A stretch of 63,198 bases of DNA from Gemmatimonadaceae bacterium (GTDB lineage Bacteria; Gemmatimonadota; Gemmatimonadetes; Gemmatimonadales; Gemmatimonadaceae). A program made the position numbers and the translations under genes. This document shows positions 40,101 to 47,873 of the stretch, piece by piece (positions within the stretch are counted from its first letter, which is position 1; each line of letters begins with the position of its first letter). The stretch covers positions 102,457 to 165,654 of the forward strand of contig JBBDYC010000002.1 in assembly GCA_040901985.1 (NCBI GenBank). Direction: 5' to 3'. The notes beneath the pieces were generated by a model. The model did not search any database. It worked only from the letters and a program-made list of their open reading frames with translations, and was not told where the DNA came from.

Positions 40101-40344
40101 GGGCGCGGTACTCGGCGGCGACGGCGCGAAAGTCTCCATCGTCCCAGCGACGCTTGAAGTAGGTGAAGTGAATTGCGTGATCGTCGGGCGAGACGCGGAT
40201 CGCACGCTGCAGGAGCCGAAGCGCCGAGTCCGTCTGGCCGAGGACGAGCAGTTCCTTCGCCGCAAGGTGCAGTGCGCGGCCATCGGCGACCCGTGAAGGC
40301 GGCTCCGCGACCTGCAGGAGCAGCGAGACCGCGAGCGGCGTCAG
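37159..40344 (-). CDS. TPR-CHAT (caspase-like) protease, about 1060 aa
   Basis: N-terminal TPR-like helices; CHAT motifs DG.LA.LPFE.L, ILHVVAHA (His), LVILSAC (Cys), AFL.AGA..V..T.W.I and HPFYWA.F. Start proposed at CTG 40344, overlapping the anti-sigma stop. Confidence 0.88.
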   Translation of the reverse strand: MTPLAVSLLLQVAEPPSRVADGRALHLAAKELLVLGQTDSALRLLQRAIRVSPDDHAIHFTYFKRRWDDGDFRAVAAEYRARRDGDSGVTRCLQAVAEFSFVPGFDEGEVARADSQLRLVDGSPRARDCALSVRAMVAARSQNPSHWGPPLLALLDSAIAASPQIVTHWLDAVNTPSRVDRAHVAATCDAARRALTDPPDRLHLEIQCASTALAIGDTLRAIARYRALAVAVRRDGNPALHYRLVRDIDAELQILAGDAESVEAIRRETIVLARALGDWRTEVSGYTMLGRLLISQGEPARAMSDLDRALAVALDRRSPQLELSARVLRGRALSRAGRTEESLADLRRAVAIGTAIDDVYELAEAWHNLAHAYERLGRWPEAAAAADRFIAITTPFKWDGLRVIALRDAGEIKRKAGWHAAANVDYERMVAAVREQDNNHQWAGEYLERRGSLREAAEMYAAGIRRPPVDPLDLAGLARVYTALGRFDSAAVVARAHDAARRGWRPGDVPVLPDVLARQGRLADATRILAEWAAERSRGGDVQAAALAHLAWGRMALRSGARGDVARAAVAAESLATLAAAPTEAIGAQLLGVRLLALEGAADSAVVLGRAILRDRFLEEHPGLRFEAALATGDASARAGRTADALAAYRTAANVVDTTSVGLDADLDRASFRDRHLAPFDSALALLLREPELRAAALLDWSARRKAAALRTSGERAAAIPPVNAMQARLAPGTLFLDYLLADGQAHVIAMTRTTLTVHRLGEAAVGIAADVGRARRGLDDVWLGEVDLARVRTDSAALRRLSRALLDPVAGELRAARRVLIAADGALAALPFEMLPDPVAPSRPLLLAASVGYVPGAWAIADRSPLRAGKILIVAQEAPGVETERRAVRDAWRSANITELVGPRATEEALHARRRDPDILHVVAHAVNDRGDPAASHLRLAAGRASDGYLHTVELGAWDGAPALVILSACATAAGTALSGEGAFSLSRAFLRAGAREVVATHWPIGPSAARLAAVLHERLAAGAATIDALTDARRALYADPATRHPFYWASFVLLSADTR

Positions 40345-41039
40345 CGTATGCCGAAGGCCCCGATGCTGTCGACGAGGGCGTCCGCCTGTCGCCGGAGGGT
40401 GGCGTCGCTGATGGCGCGCAGGTCGGCCACCGCCGGCGCCGCCCGTCCCGCCCGCAGGTGCGCCTTGGCGCGATAGTACCGCGCCTCGTCGTGGTAGGCT
40501 GACTCCGGAGACGCCAACAACGCATCGTAGGCGTCGCGCGCAAGGCTGTCGGCACCGACCATCAACGCGCTTGCCCCGAGGAAGAACAGCACGGGCGGCG
40601 CGTCGGCCACGACGCGGAGGGCGCTCAGTTCGGTCATCGCGCGCGCGTAATCGCCGCGCCGATACGCCTGCATTGCCGCGTCGAAGCGCGCATCGCGTTC
40701 GTCGCTGCGCACCGCAATCCCGATATGGATCGGCGCCGTATCGAGCCCGCCGAGCGTGGCGAGGCGCGAATCGGTCACGACCGGGCGGGTCAGGAGGAGC
40801 ACGAGCGCCGCCGCGGCCGCCACGCCGGTCACTGGCCAGACCCACCGGGCGCGCGCGGCCTGCGGCGAAGCCCCCGCCGCGCGGAGCGTCATCCCGACCT
40901 CGACCTCGGCCTGACACGCCGCGCACTCGAGCAAGTGCGCCTCGAACCGCGCGAGCGCGTCGCCGACGAGTGTCCCGGCCACGAACCGCGCGGCGAGACC
41001 GTCGGTGTCGGCCTGCAGATGGGTAAGGTCGGCGGTCAC
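40341..41039 (-). CDS. Membrane anti-sigma factor (zf-HC2, one TM, TPR-like extracytoplasmic domain)
   Basis: FEAHLLECAAC (HxxxCxxC); TM segment WVWPVTGVAAAAALVLLL; helical C-terminal repeats; RBS GGAGG; GTGA overlap with sigma. Confidence 0.85.
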   Translation of the reverse strand: MTADLTHLQADTDGLAARFVAGTLVGDALARFEAHLLECAACQAEVEVGMTLRAAGASPQAARARWVWPVTGVAAAAALVLLLTRPVVTDSRLATLGGLDTAPIHIGIAVRSDERDARFDAAMQAYRRGDYARAMTELSALRVVADAPPVLFFLGASALMVGADSLARDAYDALLASPESAYHDEARYYRAKAHLRAGRAAPAVADLRAISDATLRRQADALVDSIGAFGIR

Positions 41040-41629
41040 GGCGCGTCCTCCGTCGGGGTAAGTGCAGGTTGCATACCCAGAGTCGGATTCGGCGGCCGAA
41101 CGTGACCGTCGCCGAGGGTGAGCAACTCGCGCAACCGCTCGATCGCGCGCGATTTTCTCTTGCGGACACGCTCGGGCGGCTCGCCGAGCCGCGTCGCAAT
41201 CTCTGACGGCGCCAGGCCGTCGAAGTAGCAGAGCCGGAGGAGGTTGCGGTCAGTGGGGGACAGTCGGGCGAGGGCGGCGTGGACGGCGGCGCGCTCGTCG
41301 GCGCCCAGTAGCCGCGCGAGCGGATCCTCGGCCGGCGCCGCGACCGCGGCGGCGGCGCTCAATGGTGCCAGACGGGCGGCATTGCGCTGTCGGTCGGCGA
41401 TGACGTGGCGCGCGATGCCGGCGACAAAGGCCGCGAGCCGCCCCACCTGCACGATGGTCCCGCGATCCGCGGCGACCACCGCGCGCGCCAGCGCTTCCTG
41501 CGCCACCTCCTCGGCAGCGCTCCGATCGCCAAGTGCGCGGAGCGCGAGCAACTCGAGCCCGTGCCGGAGGGCCTCGAGCTGCGAGAGGTCCACGGTCGTG
41601 GATCCCGGGTCGGGCTGGGGCGATGTCAC
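41036..41629 (-). CDS. ECF RNA polymerase sigma factor
   Basis: AEEVAQE, F..GIARH...D..R (region 2) and L.L.YFDGL..SEIA..LG.....VR.RKSRA...LR (region 4). Confidence 0.9.
   Translation of the reverse strand: MTSPQPDPGSTTVDLSQLEALRHGLELLALRALGDRSAAEEVAQEALARAVVAADRGTIVQVGRLAAFVAGIARHVIADRQRNAARLAPLSAAAAVAAPAEDPLARLLGADERAAVHAALARLSPTDRNLLRLCYFDGLAPSEIATRLGEPPERVRKRKSRAIERLRELLTLGDGHVRPPNPTLGMQPALTPTEDAP
41082..41106 (-). promoter_or_regulatory. Putative ECF promoter (GTCACG-N15-CGAC) in the 3' end of the sigma gene, facing anti-sigma and CHAT
   Basis: Minus strand reads GTCACG ttcggccgccgaatc CGAC; same motif and spacing as at 41625. Confidence 0.6.
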
Positions 41630-41649
41630 GCTTGGGGCGCTCGCACGAC
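41625..41649 (+). promoter_or_regulatory. Putative ECF promoter (GTCACG-N15-CGAC) facing the Ig-repeat lipoprotein gene
   Basis: GTCACG cttggggcgctcgca CGAC; overlaps the sigma GTG start codon on the opposite strand. Confidence 0.6.
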
Positions 41650-43012
41650 AGGAGGGAACGGGGCCGTCCGTCCGGACAGCGCCCCGATAATCCTGCCCGG
41701 GCCGGCCCGGCGCAAGCTTGGAGGCTCAATTGATGCGCGTCCGCCCCCGTGCCGGTTTCACCGTCGGCCTGATCATCGCGGGATCCCTCCTGCTCCGCGC
41801 CTGCGAATCGCCGACCGAGCCAGCAGCGGTGGCGAGCGTCACGGTTACCCCGTCGTCGGTGGTGCTCCACCCCACCCAGACGCGCCAATTGACCGCGACC
41901 GTTCTCGCCGCGGACGGGGATCCGCTGACCGGGCGGACCCTCACCTGGACCAGTTCGAACGAGGCCGCCGCGACCGTCAATGGTGCGGGATTGGTGACCG
42001 CCCTGGCGCTCGGCGATGCCACGATCACCGCCACCGTGGAAGGAATCTCCGGCACCGCCACGGTTTCCGTGGTCGCCGTGCCGGTCGCGTCGGTTCTCGT
42101 GACGCCGGCGACCGGGAACGTGATCATCGGCCAGACACTCCAGCTCACGCCCACGACGCGCGACTCCGTGGGCGGAACGCTCACCGGGCGCGTGGTGACT
42201 TGGGCGACCTCCGACGCCACCCGGGCCACGGTCTCGACGACCGGCCTCGTGACCGCCATCGGACTCGGACCGGTGACAATCACGGGAACGAGCGAAGGGG
42301 TTGGCGGGACCGCCCAGCTGACCATCGTGCCGGTGCCAGTGGACTCTGTCGGCGTATCGCCTGCCACGGCGACGCGCCTTGTCGGCCAATCGGTCCAGTT
42401 CACGGCCACGGCGTACGACTCGGTGGGCGGCGTCCTCGCCGGCCGCGCCGTGACCTGGAGTTCGTCGACCGTTGCGATTGCGACAGTGGACGCCGACGGA
42501 TTGGTGACCGCGGTCGCCGCCGGCGTGGCGACCATCACCGCGACAAGCGAAGGTGTGGAAGGCACGGCGGCAATCACGGTCAACAACGTGCCAGTGGATT
42601 CGGTGGAGGTCCAGCCCGATGCCGCGCAACGCCATCCGGGTCAGACCGCGCAGTTCACGGCCACGCCCTACGATTCCGCCGGAGGCGCGCTCAGCGGCCG
42701 CACGACCGCCTGGACGTCGTCGAACGTGGGTGTGGCGACCGTGTCGGAGAGCGGCCTGGTGACCGCCGTCGCGCCCGGCACGAGCACAATCACCGCGACG
42801 ATCGAAGCGGTCTCGGACACCGCATACATCGTCGTGGTGGCGGTCCCGGTGGATTCGGTGGCTGTCACGCCGTCTGCGGCGACGCGCCATCCGGGCCAGA
42901 CGGTCCAGCTGAGCGCGGCCACCCTGGACTCCGCCGGTGGCACGCTCACCGGCCGGACGGTCAGCTGGACGAGTTCGAACGCGGGCGTGGCGACGGTGGA
43001 CGGATCCGGACT

Positions 43013-44106
43013 TCTGAGGTCAAGTTTGAAGTGCAACACTGAGCGTCACGCGGCATAGAGTTCCTCCGGGGTGTGCCAGTTGTACCGCTTGCGTGGCCGA
43101 CGGTTGATCTTGTCCGCGATGCGGTCGCAGTCGGCCTGCGTGAGGTACTCCATGCTCACGCCCTTGGGCAGGTACTGCCGAATCAGTCCGTTCATGTTCT
43201 CGTTCGAGCCGCGCTCCCACGAGTGATGCGGCGTCGCGAAGTAGAACTTCGCCGGGATCCGCGCCTCGAGCGCCTTGTAGCTGTGGAACTCGGTGCCGTT
43301 GTCCGCGGTGATCGTGCGCACCGGCTGCCGCTCGCGCCGAATGAGGGCTTCGAGGCGCGCGTTCAGATCGGTCGCCGCGCGGCGCTCGAGCTTGCCGATG
43401 ACGACGTAGCCCGTCTTGCGTTCGACGAGCGTGACGATGCAGGCGCCGCCCTGGCTGTTGCCGAGCACGGTGTCCACCTCCCAGTGGCCCACCCGCGACC
43501 GGTTCTCGGCGCCGGCCGGGCGGGTCGAGATGTGGCGCTTCCCGGCGAGGCGGCCCCGACTGTCATACGCCCCGTAGCGCTTTCGAAACGGCTTGTTCGC
43601 CCGGCGCAGATGGACGTGCAGCGTGCCGCCGCGCTTCATGTCCGCCCAGATGTAGCGGTAGATCGTCTCGTGGCTGATCGCGAGGATCCCGAAGCGCGCG
43701 AACCAGCCGACCACCTGCTCGGGGCTGAAGTCCTCGCGCAGCACCGACTCGACCAGCGCCCAATCCTCGGCTCTGAACTGCGAGTTGCGGCGCGAGGTGC
43801 GCCGCCGGCGGTTCGTGTAGCTCTGCGCCTTGAACGGCCGGTACGTCCGGCCATCCTCGCGCCACACGTTCCGCCGCACCTCGCGGCTGATAGTGCTGCG
43901 GTGTCGGCCGACCTCGCGCGCGATGGCGGCGCAGCTGTAGCCGAGCTTGCGCAGGGCCGAAATGGCGTACCTTTCCTCGAGGGTGATCTGGGCGTAGGTC
44001 ATGGCTTCCTTTCTCTTGGAGGAGGATTGAAGCCTAGCCTGCCCCAGGTCACCTCACCCACATCGGCGCGTGGGCAAGGTGTTGCACTTAGTATGTGAAT
44101 GCACGA
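43013..44106 (-). mobile_element. IS30-family insertion sequence
   Basis: Imperfect terminal IRs share AAGTGCAACAC. Target duplication is CT (or GACT at 43009-43012 and 44105-44108). Confidence 0.9.
43046..44002 (-). CDS. IS30-family transposase
   Basis: HTH (IA..VGRH.STISREVRRN); DDE motifs WEVDTV, TADNGTEF and WERGSNENMNGLIRQY.PKG; RBS GGAGGA/AAGGA. Confidence 0.95.
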   Translation of the reverse strand: MTYAQITLEERYAISALRKLGYSCAAIAREVGRHRSTISREVRRNVWREDGRTYRPFKAQSYTNRRRRTSRRNSQFRAEDWALVESVLREDFSPEQVVGWFARFGILAISHETIYRYIWADMKRGGTLHVHLRRANKPFRKRYGAYDSRGRLAGKRHISTRPAGAENRSRVGHWEVDTVLGNSQGGACIVTLVERKTGYVVIGKLERRAATDLNARLEALIRRERQPVRTITADNGTEFHSYKALEARIPAKFYFATPHHSWERGSNENMNGLIRQYLPKGVSMEYLTQADCDRIADKINRRPRKRYNWHTPEELYAA

Positions 44107-45867
44107 CTCGTGACGGCCGTTGCGCCCGGCGGCGCGACGATTACCGCGACGAGTGAAGGCGTGGAGGGGACGGCGAGCATCACCGTCGAGGCGGTTCCGG
44201 TGGATTCCGTGGCCGTTACGCCGACTGCGGCAACACGACACCCGGGGCAGACGGTCCAGTTGACCGCGGCACTGCTCGACTCCGCGGGCGGCACGCTGAC
44301 CGGCCGCGTGGTCAGCTGGGCCAGCTCGGATGAGGCCTTGGCCGTGGTGGATGCGTCAGGGCTCGTGACGGCGGGTGCCGTGGGAACCGTCACGATCACC
44401 GCGACGAGCGAAGGAGTGGACGGCACGGCGACGATTACGATTGTCGCCGTGCCCGTCGCGAGTGTCGAAATCAACCCCGACACCGCGGAGATCGAGATAG
44501 GCGACACGTTCCAGTTCTCCGCAATTCTCCGCGATTCAGCAGGCGGTTCTCTGGCGCGCACGGTGGTCTGGAGTTCGCTCGATCCGGCGATTGCCACGGT
44601 GGACGGTGCCGGCTTCGCGACCGCGGTGGCAGAGGGTCTCGCCCGCATCGTGGCGACGAGCGAGGGGAAGGCGGACACGGCGCGGCTCTCGGTGACTGCG
44701 CCGGCACAACCCGGCCCGGCCGTGGTGGGGCCGTTCAATGTCCACGTCACGAGTTCGCCCGAACACTCGCAGGGCGTTGCCACCGACGGAGTAACGGCGC
44801 TCTACGCCATGCAGACCGGGAGTTTTGGCGGCGGCAGCAACTCACTGTACGTGGTCCGCGTGGACTCCACCGGCGCGATCCTCGGCGGCCCGGTGCCGCT
44901 CAACGCAAATGGCGACCCGCCGGCGCTCGCGTACGGTGGCGGGACGTATCTCGCCGCTGCCTGGCTCCCCGGCGGCATCTCAACCTCCCGGCGCACGTCC
45001 GCGTGGCTCGTCGCACCCGACCTCTCGTCAATTGGATCCGAGATCGTGCTCGCGGCCGGCGATGAAGCAGGCGCGATCTGCGGACTCGCGTATGGCGGTG
45101 GCACGTTCCTCGCGACGTATTTGCGTTCGGTGGGAGTTAACGACAACGGCGACTCGCTGACGGCCCTGTTTGGTCGCGCCATCTCTCCCACTGGCGTTTT
45201 GGGCGGCGAGATTGCCGTGAGCCCTGGCTTCGCGGCGTGCCATACGATCAACAACAGCGCCGCATCCGACGGGACCGGCTTCCTCGCGGCCTGGACGGTA
45301 CAGGATTCCGCCACGGCGTCGGACGGCGTTGGTGTCCAGGCACGCACCATCTCAAGTGGTGCCGTGCTGGGCGCAGTCCACAGCGTGCGGAGCACGACCG
45401 TTCTCGGGCGCTTTCTCAGCGTCGCGCCGCGCTCGACCGGCGGTTGGGTTGTCGGGCTCGGGGAAATAGTCGACGAAGTCACCGGGAACGTCGACGCCTA
45501 CCTTCAGCCGTTGGCGGCTGACGGATCGACAAGCGGTGGGCTGATCACGCTCGACGAGACGGCGGCGCCGATGGTCGTGACGGTCTCGGAGTGGGAATTC
45601 GGATTCGTGGCACTGACGATCGAGCGGCCCGGGGACGTCTCAACCCAGGTGATCCGGCTACGTCGCTACGATGCGTCGGGGGCGCCGACCGGCGTTGATC
45701 TCACGCTCGCCGGGGCCGACGGGGCGTCGAAGGTTCCGGTCTCGCTCTCGCTGACAGGGACCGCGCGGATCTTCGTGGTGGCCCAGTTTTACACATACCT
45801 GGAAGGGAGTGGGCTCGAGGCCGACGAGGCGTCCGGCGACGTCCGCGGCGTCTGGGTCCGACCCTGA

Positions 45868-46044
45868 TCAGAACTCCCGCTTCTTCATCTCCTTGAACAT
45901 CTTCTCGCGCTCCTGGTCCTGATCGTCGGTCACCCGCTGCGGAGCGGTGGCGTCGTACGTCTTCGCCTCAAGATTCCGCGGCTTCGCCTGCTTCTGCAAC
46001 TTCTTCACCAAATTCTGGATGGACTTGTCGTCCAAGCGAGTCAT
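45868..46044 (-). CDS. Small charged hypothetical protein (58 aa)
   Basis: RBS GGAGG before ATG 46044; host-like codons; Lys/Glu-rich sequence unlike GC shadow ORFs. Confidence 0.7.
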   Translation of the reverse strand: MTRLDDKSIQNLVKKLQKQAKPRNLEAKTYDATAPQRVTDDQDQEREKMFKEMKKREF

Positions 46045-46115
46045 CAGGCCTGGCCTCCGGTAAAAAACGGTGTGCGTGAATGGTACCCCGGTTGGGGCAA
46101 TCCCGCACCACCGGG

Positions 46116-47798
46116 TCACATGGTCGGTCGCCGTTCAGGGCGCCGGAACTCCGCATCGGGGGCCCACGTCGGCCACTCCCGCGAGTTCGCCAGCTGGCGC
46201 GTGAGTTCGAGCACGATTGCGCTCAGCTGCACCGCGCCGCGCAGGTCCCAGGCCGGATCGTACTCGTCACCCGGCTGGTGGTAGCGCTTGGTCGTGTAGT
46301 CCTCGGCCTGCTCGGTCCCCCATTCGCGCGGGCGGCCGACAAAGTCGTCGCCCTCGCCGATGCTGACCGAGGGCACGCCCGCCTTGGCGAACGAGAAGTG
46401 ATCCGAGCGGTAGAAAAATCCGCGCTCCGGAAAGGCGTCGGGTGAGAGGCGCATCCCCCGCGGCTCGATCAGCCGCGCGAGCTGGGGCCCGAGCGAGCTC
46501 TTGTGCTCGCCGAGCACGGTCAGGTCGCGCGTCTCGCCGAGGACGTTGCCGCCGTCCACGTTGAGGTTGGCGACAATCCCTTGCGTGGGGACAAGCGGGT
46601 TCTGCGCGAGGTAGGCCGACCCGAGGAGTCCGCTCTCCTCCGCCGTCACGAACGCGACGAGGACCGACCGCTGCGGGCGCTCGCCCTGCGCGAGCTGCCG
46701 CGAGATGGCGAGCACGTTCGCCGTGCCCGAGGCATTGTCGAGCGCGCCGTTGTAGATCGAGTCGCCGTTCACCACCGGCCCGATGCCGAGGTGATCCCAG
46801 TGGGCGGAGAGCAGGATGTGCTCGCGCGCCGCCGCGCTGTCGCTCCCGGGAATGATGCCGACGACGTTGTTGCTCTCGAGGTGCGCGACGCTGTTCGTGA
46901 AACCGATGTCGAGTTCGATGCCCGTCTCGACCGGGCGGAAGTTGCGCGACTCGGCGCCGCGGCGGAGCGTCGCGAGGTCGAGCCCGGCGCGCCGGAGCAG
47001 GTCGCCGGCGGACGCCTCGGTGATCCACCCGTGCACGCCGAGCGGTGGCGGGAGCTTTGGGTCGCGCGGGAGCATCCGTTGTTCCTTTGCCCAGCTGCCG
47101 ACGACCGTCGCCCAGCCGTAGCCGGCGCGTTCGGTGTTGTGGATGATGAGCATCCCGGCCGCGCCGCGGCGCGCCGCCTCCTCGAACTTGTAGGTCCAGC
47201 GGCCGTAGTAGGTCATCGCCGGGCCGCCGAAGAGCGCGGGCTCGCGCGCCGGCGCCGGTGGATCGTTCACCAGGACGAGGAAGATCTTGCCGCGGACGTC
47301 CACGTCCTTGAAGTCGTCCCAGCGGAATTCGGGGGCCGTGGTGCCGTAGCCGACGAAGAGGACCGGCGCCTTTGCCCCACTCCGTTCCACGGACGCGCCG
47401 GCCCAGACGACGACGTCCTCCGGGTAACGGAGCGCCGCAGTCTGGCGGCGTGCGGTGGCCGCGACACGGATTGTGGCCGGGTCGGCGGCGACGACGTCAA
47501 TGGGCACGCGCTGGAAGTACGAGCCGGTGTTGCCGGGTTGCACGCCGTACGCCATCAGTTGGGCGGCGAGATACTCCTCGGTGATGCGGCCGCCGCGAGT
47601 GGCCGGAGCGCGGCCTTCGAGCAGGTCGCTCGACAGGAACCGGATGTGGCCGCGAATCTCGTCGGCGGTGATCGGCGGGACGCCGCGGGCCTCGGGGTGG
47701 TGCATCGCGACGTGGTCGGCCTGGGCAAACGCGGTCAACGGCGCGAGAGGCACGAGCGCGGCAAGCAGGACGCGGCGGAGCAGTGGCATCGGATTCAC
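46116..47798 (-). CDS. Exported M28 family peptidase with PA domain
   Basis: EGR.P.T.G, AHWDHLG, NGALDNASG, TAEESGLLGS, RSDH and YHQP.DE motifs. Alternative ATG at 47789. Confidence 0.9.
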   Translation of the reverse strand: MNPMPLLRRVLLAALVPLAPLTAFAQADHVAMHHPEARGVPPITADEIRGHIRFLSSDLLEGRAPATRGGRITEEYLAAQLMAYGVQPGNTGSYFQRVPIDVVAADPATIRVAATARRQTAALRYPEDVVVWAGASVERSGAKAPVLFVGYGTTAPEFRWDDFKDVDVRGKIFLVLVNDPPAPAREPALFGGPAMTYYGRWTYKFEEAARRGAAGMLIIHNTERAGYGWATVVGSWAKEQRMLPRDPKLPPPLGVHGWITEASAGDLLRRAGLDLATLRRGAESRNFRPVETGIELDIGFTNSVAHLESNNVVGIIPGSDSAAAREHILLSAHWDHLGIGPVVNGDSIYNGALDNASGTANVLAISRQLAQGERPQRSVLVAFVTAEESGLLGSAYLAQNPLVPTQGIVANLNVDGGNVLGETRDLTVLGEHKSSLGPQLARLIEPRGMRLSPDAFPERGFFYRSDHFSFAKAGVPSVSIGEGDDFVGRPREWGTEQAEDYTTKRYHQPGDEYDPAWDLRGAVQLSAIVLELTRQLANSREWPTWAPDAEFRRPERRPTM

Positions 47799-47873
47799 GG
47801 GGAAGTTGGGGTGCGAAGCAATCGTTGAAGGTACCCCGCGACACAGGCGCCGAGGGGGCGTCTGCCGCCATCC

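Larger units (their letters stand above)
41733..45867 (+). pseudogene. Surface lipoprotein with 7 bacterial Ig-like (Big_2) repeats plus a C-terminal beta-rich domain, interrupted by IS30
   Basis: Lipobox LRAC; repeats of PV.SV.V.P...WxSS....ATV...GLVTA...G..TITATSEG. Joining 41733-43012 to 44109-45867 restores a 1012-aa frame. Confidence 0.88.

Noticed and set aside
40345..41199. N-terminal 285 aa of the 1346-aa CHAT ORF (similar extensions on the fabI, NPP, MBL and AbgB-like ORFs)
   Set aside because: Low-complexity translation overlapping real upstream genes in another frame; the true starts lie downstream.
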